A stretch of DNA of 64,000 nucleotides from Octopus sinensis (GCF_006345805.1 NC_043003.1:105648001-105712000); one strand, 5' to 3'. Counted from the first letter of the stretch, positions 1-13,779 are shown. The notes: generated by a model from the sequence alone, not told the origin. Program-made: numbers and translations.

Positions 1-185
1 TGTCTGTGTTTGTCCCCCACCATATCTTGACAACTGATGTTAGTGTGTTTACGTCCCCATAACTTAGCGGTATGGCAATAGAGACCGATAGAATAAGTAC
101 TAGGCTTACAAAGAATAAGTACAGGCGGTGCTCTAGTATGGCTGCTATAAAATGACTGAAATAAGTAAAAGAACATACACACACA

Positions 186-241
<56 letters not shown>

Positions 242-405
242 GTATAGAAGCCATCTTATCATGGCTAACCACATTGGGGAGGGGGTTTTACTGTAGCTTT
301 ATAGCCCCAAAAGATCTTCGTCTCTAGCTGGCTCTAGACACAATATCTGTGTCCTTGGAGTATTTGCAAAGGGAGGCCATCCCTTCCTCGCAAGCCTGAG
401 TGATA

Positions 406-448
406 CGCTCGAACTAGTTTCGGGATTGTTGTCCCTCGTCAACGGGCG
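406..448 (-). ncRNA. Minimal type I hammerhead ribozyme motif (Penelope-type), partly decayed
   Basis: Minus strand reads CGCCCG-TTGACGA-GGGA(CAACAA)TCCC-GAAA-CTAG-TT-CGAGCG. Stem I is 5/6 paired, core box (C>T)UGANGA, 4-bp stem II, GAAA, palindromic stem III, NUH=GUU. Confidence 0.6.
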
Positions 449-889
449 GTAATCACCAGGTAGCGATGAAAGTGAAGGCTCCTTTGCAAATAGATATAAG
501 TTTTTCTAATGGCGTCGTTTTTTATATATATACATACATTTTATGTATATATATATATATTATATATATATAGTGAGGAAAATATTATAGAAATATATTT
601 CTATGAAATTAGTACTGACGAACAATTTCCATATATCAAAACGTAAAACATTTGAAACTTTTCTTTTTATATTATCATTCTCATAAACAACAATAGTTGT
701 TCTGTAGCGATGAAAGAAAAATAATTCTAATATCTCACAAAACAGAAAAGCCTGTTTCGAAATCTTTCGCTTGAAAATACATTCGATGATCTTTGATGTA
801 AGGGAAATCACTAGTAAATATATCTGCAAAACATCAAGAATTATGTCCCTTGCAACTCCGAAGAATAGTCTTATCAAGCCTATTTGTCC

Positions 890-1060
890 AACACACACAC
901 ACACGCACGCACGCACGAACGCACACATACACACAATGCATACATACATACATACATACATACATACATACATACATACATACATACATACACACAATGC
1001 ATACATACATACATACATACATACATATACATACATACATACATACATACATACATACAT
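890..1060. repeat. Compound (CA)n/(CATA)n microsatellite
   Basis: Directly visible; generates the spurious HTYI/MYVC ORFs. Confidence 0.95.
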
Positions 1061-2112
1061 AGAAAGAAGTTTCAATTAGAACCTGATCGCTGGTTTTATT
1101 CACTTATTACTTATGCCCCATGTCACTCATGCGTCCACCATAATATTGCCACACCCACTTAGAAAAACACAGGTTTTCACCTAAGTAATTACCATATTCT
1201 ACTGATCAGTGGGGTATTCCTATTGCTCAAAGTAAGAAAAAATAATAATAATAATAAACATTCATGCTATTGTAGAAAGTTTAAATCGGGGTTGGTGTAT
1301 AATAAACAGTAAGTGAACTGAGTTAAAAACCTGCTAAAAGCTCTTGTCTCTCTCTGATATATATATTGCAATTTTAATACAGAACATCCACAAGAGATGT
1401 TATATCAGGACAAATACCACAGTAACTGGCCTATCGACAGTGTATATGCATTAAATATGATACATAGATGGATATAGTTTGTGATGAATACATATTTCAT
1501 GATGGAAATAATGATTTCTAATATAGACACAAGGCCACAAAATTATGCAGGGTGAGAATTATAGTCAATTAACTTAACTATAATACTTGAGTGATACTGT
1601 ATTCCATTGATTTCAAAAATGTGTAAGAATGATTTGATCTCAAAATGCAAACAACCATAACCAAGTATTGCATTTTGTTTGCTTCATGATGTAAATAACG
1701 AAAAACATCTTATTTTTTCACTCTAGATATGGAAATGTTATAAAACCTCCTGAACATCTAACACTTGGAGAATAATTTTATTTCATATTTTAGTGAGAAC
1801 TAATTCTGATTTTAAAAGGAAAATTTAACTATTTAAAATTTTTAAGACTTGTTAAATTTTGGATTTTTCAGAATTATTAATACCAAAATATTGAAAGTTG
1901 CTTTCTCCATCTGTATTACAGGAAAATAATAAAAGAACTAAGGACCCTTTATTATTTTCCTCTTTCTATAATAAAATATCTACTTATCTTCATTTCATTA
2001 ATTTTAAGATAGAAACCTTGTCTTGAATTATATAACTATATCATTTATCTTCATAAATCATATATAAAGAAACACTGCTCTCTGATTGGTTTCCTCCTAG
2101 TTTATTTATTTA

Positions 2113-2113
<1 letters not shown>

Positions 2114-2195
<82 letters not shown>

Positions 2196-2340
2196 CATGT
2201 GTGTGTGTGCGTATGAGTGTGTGCGTGCCTCTGTGTGTGTATGTATGTATATGTATGTATGTATGAATGAGTGTGTGTGTGTGTGTATTTATATATATAT
2301 ATATACACATGCACACATATGTGCATGCATGCACACACAC
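2114..2340. repeat. (TG)n-rich compound microsatellite
   Basis: Directly visible. Confidence 0.95.
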
Positions 2341-3108
2341 AAACTAGGAGAAAACCACGCAAAAAGAAGTGGCTTTGTAGTTAAGAAGTTTGCTGGGCAA
2401 CCACATGATTTTTGGTTCAGTCCCACTGCATGGCACCTTGTATAAGGGCCTTCTACCTGCTCAAGCTACTCTACTACTTCTGGCAGATTGTGTAACTGTG
2501 CAGAAGCCTTCCATTGTAGTTCCAAAATATACTTGAATGTTGTTGTTTAGCCCCAGACCAACAAGCAGCTATCTTGTTGAATAATTGCACCAGCTCATAC
2601 ATCTCATTACATGGCAGAAAATATTGTTGGGCAACAGTACTGTGCACCAACTAGAATGATACTCATACCTGCCAGAAGATAAATGTCTCTCCTGCCTCCC
2701 TCTCGCTCTTACACTTTCTATTTCATCCTATCAGAGAAATTGAAAATGCAAAAAGTGTAAAGTATGAGTTACTTATATATCATTTCTTCAGAGAGATGGT
2801 TAGTGTAAAAGGCAATGTGCAGTATAGGATATTTAGTGAGGATGTGACAAGTGGTGAGATGAAGGGCTGGCATTGTTTTGATAACTTATAAGCTTCAGGA
2901 TAATAAGCAGTTTATTTTCAAACCAGCAGAAAGCTGAAATTTGATAAAGAAGAGAATTACTTTGAAGGAGAGTTAGTTTCTAATTTATTAAACAAAGAAG
3001 AATTGGAAAAAAATAATGTTTATTAACAAAATGAGACAGAAGAAACTGTACAGAAAGAAGGAAAAATAAAAAATACAAAATCTTGGTATATAAGAAAAAG
3101 TAACTTAC

Positions 3109-3251
3109 TGTACAAAAAGAAGACATCAGTTCTGAAAGTTCAGGAATTCGTCCATTAATAGCTTTACTTATTAACATTCTCGATGCTATACCATCTCCAC
3201 AAAGCAACATCAAGTTGGCAATGTTCTCGCTTAACCACTGATCAGGAAAAC
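3109..3251 (-). CDS. FBXO47: F-box only protein 47, coding exon 8 (last exon seen; gene continues left)
   Basis: ttttag acceptor, gtaagt donor, phase 1 to 0. (S)FPDQWLSENIANLMLLCGDGIASRMLISKAINGRIPELSELMSSFCT resembles vertebrate FBXO47 'EWLLENNARLLMLSG...SKAVNGR'. Confidence 0.92.
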
Positions 3252-3769
3252 CTAAAATAAAAACCATCATTTTTTTTTTGTATCATCATCATCATCATCA
3301 TTGTTATCCTTGTGGTTGTTGTCATCACCGTCACTGTCATCGTCATCATTGCCACTTCCGTCGTCATCATCCTTGCTGTTCTAATGTTCCCTTTCTATGG
3401 ATTGGACAAAGCTCACTGAGGCAGATCTTCTATTGCTAACCTTCACTTGTTTCCAAATCATGACCTCGTTTCGTCATGAACTGATGTATTTACACAGAAT
3501 GCTGGAAATGAATCATATGTATGACAATGACACTTCCAACACTCACACAATATCAAGACAAGGAGACACACACACACATTTATGATATGATGGGTTTCTT
3601 CCAGTTTCTGTCAGCCAAATCCACTCACAAAGTTTTGGCTGTGTGCATGTGTGCGTGTGTGTCTCTACAGAGAGAGAGATGGAGAAGCAGTTTTCCATTA
3701 TAATGAAGTTCATGACCATTCTATCTCATTTAAGGAATCAGAATATTCTTAAGAATTGCAAATGCTGGT

Positions 3770-4230
3770 ACAATAATGCACCAACTCCAGCACTTGATCC
3801 TCAGAAGAGGAACAATTGGTGAAAAAAACCCGACTGACTACTTTGAATTCGGTTTTTGGGCCTATCTTCACCTATGGTCATAAATATTGGATAATGAGTG
3901 AACGAGTGTGATCGCAAATAATAAAGAGCCAAAATGGAGTTCCTTCAAATGATCTCTGCTGCAATGAGCTATGTTATTCAAGAGGATGTGTAGCTTGGAG
4001 ATCAGAGAGTCTATCCAGGTTGAGCCATTACTTCTCCTCCTTGAGAAGTCACAGCTTTGGTACTACTGATATGTGATTAGAATGTCACTGGGAAGAATTG
4101 CAAGACAGATTCTTCAAGCTGAGTCAACTGACAGGAGAACCATAAGTAGACTAAGGACAAAATGGTCAACTAATAGCCATCACCTCTGTTGTTCATGCTT
4201 GAGAAATCAGCTGGAAAAAGTAATATTAGA
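3770..4230 (+). mobile_element. Degenerate RTE-clade LINE RT C-terminal fragment
   Basis: SVFGPIFTYGH..W..-type and '.IRM....IARQILQA' remnants with stops; related copy at about 5790-6390. Confidence 0.6.
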
Positions 4231-4462
4231 AGCAGCTGTCATTACCTTTTTTCAATCAATTATTGAGGCCCAGAGAAAACTAATGGGACTTGTCCTTCCC
4301 TACTGATTAAGTCACAAAAGAAAGGAATATTCTATATGACACAGAAAGCATTTGCTTCCAGGTGTTATACAAATGAAATGAATACTAAAAAATGAAAATA
4401 TAAGACAAAGTGCACATTGCTAGAATGAAGTTTAGATCTGTCCCAGTTCAATAAATACTCAC

Positions 4463-4621
4463 TTGTAAGTTCATCAACTACACTGACAGCATTGTCATTG
4501 GTCCATTTCTCATTATAGTGATACAGACAATGAATAGCATTGGCCATATTACCAAGATTTTGCACTGACTCTTCACAATTTTCTGATGTATTATCACACA
4601 TTTCAAACCATAGAATTTCAT
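4463..4621 (-). CDS. FBXO47: FBXO47 coding exon 7
   Basis: ctacag acceptor, gtgagt donor, 159 nt, phase 1-1. (N)EILWFEMCDNTSENCEESVQNLGNMANAIHCLYHYNEKWTNDNAVSVVDELT. Confidence 0.92.
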
Positions 4622-4716
4622 CTGTAGATAAAAAAAAAATTTACGTACTTTTCAAAATTTCATACTGATAAATAAATTATACAACAAAGACATTGATAAC
4701 AATATCAACAAGTCTA

Positions 4717-4747
<31 letters not shown>

Positions 4748-5462
4748 GGTTGATAGTAGTGGTGATGGTGACAGTGCTGATGAGCAAGAATGAGGGCAGA
4801 AACAGATGTGTTGCTGAAGAAGAGGGACATGGCTACCTAGAGAGAGATGGGGAGAACATGGTGGTGGTGGTGGTGATAATGGTGGTGTAGCTCCTGCACT
4901 GGTATAAGTCCTTAGATGAAAATAGATATTGTACCCATTTCACTGTTCAAAAGTAAATGTTAAGAAAAATACCAGTCATATAACTAACATTGATATCAGT
5001 TCACAAAACCATTTACTATAGCAGGGTTATAGTAGAAGACACTTGCTCATGGTGCCACACTGCAGGATTGAACCGAAGATCACATGGTTAGGAAGCAAGC
5101 TACTTAACCATACAACCAAGCCTGTTCATAAATATTTCACCTAAAGTATCATAATTTTAAATGCAGGCAGACATTGAATGTTTACCGAAGAACAGATCTT
5201 AAAGGTCACAAAAATACTTCAGAAATAATTGCCCATAGTAATTTAATCATTCTTTAATTTTATATATTTACATTCCCAATTTCTAATCTATTTTATCTAC
5301 AAAATATATATCTGAAGATGTGTTAGGAGTGTGTGTGTCTGTGTGGAGCATGTATGCATGGTGTGTATATTCTTGTGTGTGTATGTGATATGTGCATGTG
5401 TGTGTGTGTACACATGCATTCCCAAATGCAAAATAAAAATAAATAAATAAATACATGCATAC

Positions 5463-5633
5463 TTTGTGATGCTGGTCCATATAGTAAATATAACAACTTT
5501 GCTTGGTGCACCATAGGCCATGATTTAAAGATACAAGATAACCAAAAGGATCTGGTCGTAACAAATTCACAGTGATCTAGGAAAACTCGCCGGAAAAACA
5601 AACGTGCATCACATTCCATTTTACTATGCAAAC
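5463..5633 (-). CDS. FBXO47: FBXO47 coding exon 6
   Basis: tactag acceptor, gtatg donor, 171 nt, phase 1-1. (G)LHSKMECDARLFFRRVFLDHCEFVTTRSFWLSCIFKSWPMVHQAKLLYLLYGP matches the FBXO47 'FWL..ILKPWPMVNQARLLY..FGP' motif. Confidence 0.95.
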
Positions 5634-5789
5634 CTAGTAAGAAAAGAAAAGAATCAATTAAATTTGTAGTTCTGCAGTGGAGACAACTTTTATTTATTTA
5701 TTTATTGAAGAGTAAAAGCTTATGAAATCAGTAAACAATTTTTGGAATAAAACAATCACAACTGGTGGAAACTATAATATGTGAAATAT

Positions 5790-6390
5790 GAGTTTTTGCA
5801 AGTTAATAAAATAGAAATAATCAAGTAATCAAATATCTTAGGGTTGTGTTCTTGATTGCTGGGAGGCAGGTTTCTGAAACGAATGCTAGACTTGCAAGTG
5901 CTGGTGCATTACTGCACCAGCTTCAGCATTCAACACTCAGAAAAGAAGTTGGTAAAAAAGCCAGACTTGCTATCTTCAATTCAGTTTTCATGACGATCTT
6001 CATGTTGGGTAATGACCAAAAGAATATGATTATGGAAACAGGCAACAAAAATGGGGTTCCTTTGAAAGATCTCAGGGTAACGTTATTTGACTAGGTGCAT
6101 TGTCTGGAAATGAAGGAATCTTTCCAAGTTGAGCTGCTACTTCTCCACATTGAGAGGTCACAACTCCAGTACTATATCAGAATGTCTCAGGAAAGCATCT
6201 TGGGGTAAACTAAGAACAATATGGTTGGATATCCATAGTCTCAGTTGGTTGTGCTTGGGAATCCAGTAGGAAAGTGCAATGACAGTTTCTTCTAACAGGG
6301 CCCTATGGAGGAGGTACATGAAGACTCTACCTCCATGGTCCTCCCTGGAATACCAGGCAGAGAAAATGGACGGATAGATGGATATGAATA
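5790..6390 (+). mobile_element. Degenerate RTE-clade LINE 3' fragment
   Basis: ORF 5846-6094 (ETNARLASAG...KKARLAIFNSVF) is typical of the RTE RT C-terminus; (GGAT)-like tail. Confidence 0.6.
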
Positions 6391-6392
6391 AT

Positions 6393-6605
6393 CTTTTCTA
6401 CTCTAGGCACAAGGCCTGAAATTTTTTTGGGGGAGCCAGTTGATTAGATTGACCCCAGTGCGTAACTGGTACTTAATTTATCGACCCCGAAAGGATGAAA
6501 GGCAAAGTTGACCTCAGCGGAATTTGAACTCAGAACATAAAGACAGACGAAATACCGCTAAGTATTTCACCCAGCGTGCTAACGTTTCTGCCAGCTCACC
6601 GCCTT
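6393..6605 (-). mobile_element. tRNA-derived SINE family B (GGCGGCGAGCTGGCAGAAACGTTAGC head)
   Basis: A/B-box-like head and flanking TSD ATGGATATGAATAAT. Other copies at about 15119, 18472-18700, 25489-25705, 29263-29440, 39987-40250 and 48262-48490. Confidence 0.85.
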
Positions 6606-6929
6606 TATGGATATGAATAATGAACAGTGAATTAGAAGAGTGCAAACTTTCTCACCTGATGGCATTTTGCATTAAAAATGATGAATTCTGATTGAACAAG
6701 CTTTGATAAGATTAATTATATCAACTGAATCACAAAAATAATGCTAGAAAGTCTCATTGGAGAAAGTTAATAGGGTTCATTTGCCTTATTGCAAAAGAAA
6801 TACATTTCCTAAGTTCATGAAAATCAAGATTTATGCAGTGTTAGATGTAGTGAAGCTGCTTACTGTACCATGGATAGAGCCTAGTGGCAAACTAAGTTGC
6901 TGGTATCAAGTGAACACAACTGTTACATG

Positions 6930-7487
6930 GTGGCCTCTCCCATATATCTTGCCCAGGACATCAATCGTCTGGAAGCTGTTCAGCGACGTGCAACCAAAAG
7001 AATACCCTCCATCAGGCATTTGCCATATCCTGAACGCCTTACTTCCCTGGGCATGGACACATTGAAACTCCGACGTCTGGCAGCTGACCTGGCAGACACC
7101 CATAAAATTATCAACCATCGCACAAACAATAACACTGAGCACCTTTTCAAACTCCACCCATCTAACACCCGTGGACATATTTACAAAGTAAGAAAACAGC
7201 ACAGCTCCCATGACTTCAGGAAACATTTTTTCACACTGAGAGTTGCTGAAGCATGGAACAAACTGCCGGCATCGGTTGTTAGTTGTCGGAGCACTGCATC
7301 CTTCAAGACTTCCATGCTTCCTGAGATTCGCCAACACTACACTTGATTTTCTCCCCTCCATACACACACAAGCATGTTCACTTTCCAGACATTTCTACAT
7401 TACTGCATGTACTTTATATGCACTTTCTGACAAGTTGTGGTGCACCTGAGCACTGTATACAATAATTTCATTATTATTATTATTATT
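6930..7487 (+). mobile_element. CR1-clade LINE 3' end (5'-truncated) with (TTA)n tail
   Basis: DINRLEAVQRRATKRIP...YPERL..L...TL..RR...DL; TRGH..K...RKHFFTLRVAEAWNKLP are CR1 ORF2 C-terminal motifs. Near-identical 3' copies at 51627-52010 and 41025-41105. Confidence 0.9.
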
Positions 7488-9096
7488 TTATTTATATAGA
7501 AACAGAAAGTGGATATTAAGAAGAAGCAGACAGTGGACTACAACCACTGTTGGTGTTCTTGTAACAATTTTTTTTCCAGCATGGCTCTCACCAACAAGAG
7601 GCTTTGTACTACAGGCCAACAGAATACTGATCTGGCTTGTATGGAAAAGGGATATCAATCCTTTGCCTGTCCTGTATATCACATGTAACATCATCTTCAT
7701 CATCATCATCATCGTTTAACATCATCCTTCTATGCTGGCATGCGTTGGATGGTTTGACAGGAGCTTGCACCATACTTCTGTGTCTGTTTTGGCATGGTAT
7801 TTACGGCTGGATACCCTTCCAAGTACCAACCACTCCACAAAGTGGACTGAGTGCTTTTTTACATGGTACTCACACAAGCAAGGTCAGTTTTGGCAGGATT
7901 TTTACAGCTGGACGTCTTTCCAAATGCCAACCACTTTGCAGTGGTGCCATTTAAATCGCACCTGCACTGTCAAGGTCACCAAGTAACTTTGCAAGACAAG
8001 GAATCTTTGAGAGGGGTGGGGGAGTTGGAGGAGGTGATCTTGTATCAGATGATGAAAGGTTAGAGTGTGACAGAGAGACAGGAACAGATGTCTTGCTGTA
8101 GAGGAGGTACATGGTTGCCCAGCCAAGAGAGGGAGGGAGAGAGAGAGGAGAAGAGAGGGAGAGAAAGAGAGCGAGAGAAAGAAAGTAAGAGAAAGAGAGC
8201 AAGAATGAGGGCAGAAACAGATGTGTTGCTGAAGAAGAGGGACATGGCTGCCTAGAGAGAGATGGGGAGAATATATTCCCTTCGTATACATGTATCACAC
8301 ATATGATACACATTGTCAATTTTTTCAAAGCCCAGACTAACTTGTTGACTTCTGAAAAAAAGCTTTATAATACTCAGAACAGATGAAACATTGGTTTTTA
8401 CGCATTTAAAAACATTTTTATTCTATAAAATATGTTCACTGAGATTGACGTAAAGTCAAAAAAGATGTAACTCAAAATGATGTAAGTTGTGATATGTCTC
8501 TCTGTCTCTATCTCTCATTTTCTCTTCCACACACTCTCGCTGTATACATGTGTATATATCATCATCACCATCATAGTTGTCGTTTAACGTCTGCTTTCCA
8601 TGCTGGCATGGGCTGGACTGTTTGACTGAGGGCCAGCGAGCCAGAAGGTTACACCAGGTTCCAATCTGATCTGGCAAAGTTTCTACAGCTGGATGCCTTT
8701 CCTAATGCCAACCACTCCGAGAGTGTAGTGGCTGCTTTTATGTGCCAGCGGCATGAGGGCCAGTCAGGTGTTTCTGGCAACGACCACGCTCAAAAGGTGT
8801 CTTTTATGTGCTACCTGCACAGGAGTCTTTTGCTATAGCTCCACATTGACCAAAACCTTCTGAGTAGAGTTGGTATACAGCAAAAAAAAGTTTACCATGA
8901 GTGTGTGTGTGTGTGTGTGTCTATCTATCTATCTACCTATATATATATATATACATTAAACTATGGTTTACCTCTTAAATTACCTGCTGCCGTATACCTT
9001 ATACCAAGGACCATACTTACTGAGGTAATTACCAGGAGTGCCTCTGGATACTTCTATCCCTTAGAAGGCTTAACACCTCTAACTTATACCTTACAT

Positions 9097-9144
<48 letters not shown>

Positions 9145-9565
9145 TATATACACACACACACACATATATTAATCATCATCATCATTTAACTGGCATGGGT
9201 TGGATAGGCTGGCAGAATACTGCACCAGGCTTCACTGACTGTTTTGGTAGGGTTTTTACACCTGGATACCCTTCCTAACACCAACCACTGTACAGATTGG
9301 ACTGAGTGCTTTGACATTGCATGATAATTGTAAACGAGCATCACCATCATGCAAGTGATGTCCCTTGTTTCCAATCTTCCATGAAAATATGTTTGGCCAG
9401 CCTTGCTTGGTGAGGGTAATTGACGAGGGCTGATGACAAGAACGGTGCAAGGCCATAGAATATCTGAGTCGATGAATTATATTTGATGCATTCAAGCATG
9501 GAAAAGTTGTAATTATGATGATGTTGATGCTAAATACATGTTTGTATGTTTATTGACAGCTTTTA

Positions 9566-9782
9566 CGAGGTGCGGCTGAAAAGTCCCTGGCTTTGGGTAA
9601 AAGAAAATACAGGAGGATCAGTTAATTATGATTTTATTCAACAGCTTCCCCTCTCAGGTTCACACACTCATTGCAGTGGTCCTTCAATTTTCCTAAGCAC
9701 TGTAAAAGAACTTGGAAGGTTGAGCCTCCAACCAGGCCTTTCATGATACCCTTAAAGCCAGGAACTTTTCAGCACCTCCTCA
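9566..9782. mobile_element. Mariner-type MITE
   Basis: Imperfect TIRs CGAGGTGCGGCTGAAAAGTCCCTGGCTTT / AAAGCCAGGAACTTTTCAGCACCTCCTCA flanked by TA. Confidence 0.7.
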
Positions 9783-10314
9783 TAAACGATGCAAGTAATA
9801 TAGCTTGGGGGGAGCGAGAAATAGAGAGTGGGGGGCAGTGGATAATGAAGCTTGTTTATGAAAGCTGATTTCAAATATGAATTCCTCTATTAAAATTTGT
9901 TTGAGGGAAGTTATATATTTATATTTAAATGGAATATTATCATCATTATTGTCATTTAATGGCTGTTTTACATGCTGGCATGGGTTGGATGGCTTGACAG
10001 GAGCTAGCAAGGCTGGGAGCTGCATCAGGTTCCATGGTCTGTTTTGGCATGGTTGCTACAGCTGAATGCCATTCCTAATGCCAACCACTTTACAGGGTGT
10101 AGTGAGTGCTTTTTATGTGGCACCAGCACCAGTACTTTTTACAAGGCTCTAGCACCAGAGCTTTTTATGTGGAACCAGCACTGACAGGGTCTTTAACTGG
10201 TAGTGGAGATAGTTCTGAGGGATGTGGCCTTCAAAAGAAGATCCAATATTTAAAACCTATAAACAGAGTATTAGTAGGAATGATTAGCTGATGTTAATAT
10301 GAGATACAAATTAC

Positions 10315-10501
10315 CTGGTTTAGAATTCAGGATTGTGCTAACATTTCTCAAAGCACCAGTATGTAAACATATAGAATCAAATGCTCTTTGACATTCAGAA
10401 TCATCCCATCCAGCAACCACGGTGTGAAGAAACTTTCCAAAGCATATCAAAGCAATACAATTCAAAGGGTTCTCACACTTCTTGGAATTCGTACATATAA
10501 T
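10315..10501 (-). CDS. FBXO47: FBXO47 coding exon 5
   Basis: ttatag acceptor, gtaat donor, phase 0-1. IICTNSKKCENPLNCIALICFGKFLHTVVAGWDDSECQRAFDSICLHTGALRNVSTILNSKP(G) contains the FBXO47 'G.FL....AGWD..EC' motif. Confidence 0.95.
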
Positions 10502-11534
10502 CTATAAAATTTTCCAAAGGTGATATAATAGAAAATATTTTTACAGAATATTTAACAATATGCATGTAAATACACACTCACACACAGACACAGACACAGA
10601 CACACACACACACAATGCACACACTCACACAGACACAGACACACACACACACACACAATGCACACAGACACACACAGACACAGACACAGACACACACACA
10701 CATGTACATACTCGTTCATACAAGAGACAAATAATAAACTTGTGTTAAAATGTGGAATCAACTTACTATCAAGAACAGAGAAAACTATTTCTTATTCAAT
10801 CCCCTTCCCCTCCTCCTCCTCATCATCATCATCATCATCATCACCAGTACCAACACCACCCGCACTACCACCACTGTTTAACATTTGCTTTCCATGCTGC
10901 ATGGTTTCATAGAAGCCAAAGAGTGAGAAGGCTGCACCAAGCTCCAATATCTGCTTTGTCATGGTTTCTACAGCTGGTTACCCTTTCTAACACAAACCTC
11001 TCGAGAGGGCATCAAAGACAGGAGAGGCAGCAGATATAAACTTGACAGAAACATATTATTTCCTTCCATGTGGGCAGGATCAGGAAATCTTATTTTTACA
11101 GCTTAGGTAAGTATCCAAATGAAGAGAGTTGTTCAGTATAATTCTTTTCTCCACCAAGCAGGGCCTGCATGTCCTACAGCTATTCATTTAAAGTTTACAA
11201 CTCTCTGGTTCTCTCCAATTGCTGCTACAATTCATGGTTCTTTCTTTCAATGACCAACTTTTGAGATCAATTGACAGTAAGAATAAAAATACAGTTTAGA
11301 CCTCTGGAAATAGTTCAACATAATGGATGCTATGGATAACATAGCTGAGTTATGGGGTGAAGTGAAGGCCTCAATTTTGAATATATGGCCAGACTATATC
11401 TATGACTTCGGTGTGAAGTTGGCTATTTGAGATCGTATTTGGCCAGTAGATCTTCAAAGTTTTTTGTAAACATTTATTTTGAAACACCATCAATTACTTT
11501 TCAACACTTCTGGTTGTTTTCCAACATTTGGATC

Positions 11535-11830
11535 CATAGAGAAGAATGCTAAGTATGAAGCAAGGAGATGGAAATGGCTGGGTCGAGTTTGTCACGATAA
11601 ACTGAACTCAATTGTCAGGATTAGCTTGCAATGGGTTCCACGTGGTAAAAGAAAATGTGGCCATCCAAAGAAAACATGGCAGAGAACAACAACAAAAGAT
11701 CTTAAACATAGAGGGTTAACAATGGAACAAGATGTCAAGGGCGCTTTCAATGTTAGAAGGTGGAATGATCTTGCTGTCACCTCAAGTGCCACAAGGCACA
11801 ATGAGAACCAAATGAACGAATGAATGTATC
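11535..11830 (+). mobile_element. RTE LINE 3' fragment
   Basis: RRWKWLGRVC....SIVRISLQWVPRGKRKCGHPKKTWQRT is the RTE C-terminal signature; (GAAT) tail. Confidence 0.75.
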
Positions 11831-12763
11831 TATGACTTTACAAGTTTTCCACAAACAGAAAGTCAACATCAAATTCAGAAAAACAGTTGTAAATGATGTA
11901 AGGTTTGAAAAAGTGATAAAGGATGATGTGGTTGGGTTGTTAGTCTCATAGAGGAAGTTTATCTAAAAAGGAGATGAAGCTGTTTGAATAAGAGCAAATT
12001 GAGAATAGAAATGAGAATACGAAAAAATTCTACCATTTCTACTTAAATTGACTACTAACAATATTGCTTAATGGATGCCTTTAATGTCCACTTGCTTTTC
12101 ATGCATTTTAATCATATGCATCCAGTAGATCAGGTTTGTCTCATTTCTTACCACCCTTTGCAGGCCTCCTGCATACTGTGCCCATATCTCACTATCACGC
12201 TGTAATCATACAATCTGCCCTTCACACAAAGAGAGAAAACTATAGTGGCCACCAAAGACCTCTGCTTGTTGAGTTTATTCCATATCTTTCTATAGCTGCC
12301 CCAACCATGGTCATGGAAGTTATTCCTTATGTCCAATGAGTTGTCTAGGTAGTTAATGGATTTATTTTCAAGGAGTTTTCTAAGAGCTATATGATTTAGT
12401 CTATAAATCCTATTTGAAGTCTTGGTTCTCTCTTAGTTCATTGTTTATGCCGAGTACACATCATAAAGTTCATTCTGATTGTATTCCTATATTCTGAGTA
12501 AGACTATATGTCAGATGGTACTGAAATTTCATGCTGTTTATCACTAGCTATCACACTGATATTTGTTGACACTTAAGGCATTATACTGTAAACCATATTT
12601 CAAGTTCAGAACTCTTTCTTAAACTCTTCAAACATATTCAACAAGTACCAGATCATAAACACAAAAGAACAAAATCACAAAACAGAAACATAATAATTAA
12701 AGTGATCAAGAATGTAATGAATTTAAAAATTAAATATCAAAATAAAGATATTTGTAAAGATAC

Positions 12764-12840
12764 CCGCATAAGGAAGTCATTCACAAACTTCAATCTATCT
12801 TTTGTGGCATACAGGCAAGTTGACCGTTTCATAAGTAAAC
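12764..12840 (-). CDS. FBXO47: FBXO47 coding exon 4
   Basis: tttcag acceptor, gtatc donor, phase 1-0. (G)LLMKRSTCLYATKDRLKFVNDFLMR resembles 'GLLFKRCTLLLPTKERLK'. Confidence 0.93.
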
Positions 12841-13443
12841 CTGAAATTAAAAATTAGCTTTGAATTTTCTTATGTAGCATTGATTAAAAAAAAAGTCAGA
12901 GATATACTTTTATGAATAAATATACATAAAAATGTCTATCCATTTTTTTTATTACATGAAACAGAGATTATACCATCTAAAAGAAAATTAATTTTCTTTA
13001 GGTAGCAATGCTGTGGGATGATAGAATTCTAAAATAATTCAACTTCATTAGGTTTATACATTGTATATCTTTTACTTGTTTCATTTATATACTTGAGCAG
13101 TCATTCTCCAAGGGAATGTTTAAAGGAGAGAAATAAACGAGAGGTAGTTGTTTTTCACATCCTCTAAGTTTAAAAAAAAAGAACTGGCTGCAACTCAGAG
13201 GATGTAAAATTCTGCTGTTACTCATTTACTTTTCTCCTTTCTACTTTTTCTTGAAGAAATATTGGATTTTTTTTTCACTCCTCACAGCAAGTTCACTGCT
13301 GAGTGGTTAGTGTTAGGAAGGGTGTCCAGCTGTTAAAATCCTGTCTGGTACAGGCTTTGGCATGGCCAGCTCTTGTGGTACCGTCCAACCCATGCTATCA
13401 TGGAACACAGACATTAAATGATGATGATGATGATGATGATATA

Positions 13444-13477
<34 letters not shown>

Positions 13478-13779
13478 AAAATATACATACATGCTGACAA
13501 CCCCATCACTGCTACACCTGAAGATGACAACCACACCAAGACCAGCTTCACCAGTAAGGCAAGTGGCCCCATGTTCAGTATTACCAATGACGGCAGCCAC
13601 ATCACTATCAGTGGCAGCAGCAACAACACTACAGCCAGGGATGACTACTACAATGCTACAGCCACAGCAATATTGCCAGACTCACACTTCATAACAACAA
13701 CACTGATAGCAGCTCCAGTAATGACAATGGCAACAACAACATCTTCAGGCCCAGGGCCCACTGAAGATCTGAAGATGCA

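Noticed and set aside
560-1162. 171-aa minus-strand ORF and overlapping ORFs as the terminal FBXO47 exon
   Set aside because: Largely microsatellite translation, no acceptor in the right phase, and no resemblance to the FBXO47 C-terminus.
4777-4815. CTGATGA...GAAAC motif
   Set aside because: No stem II; chance junction of a (GAT)-rich tract with a repeat also present at 8198.
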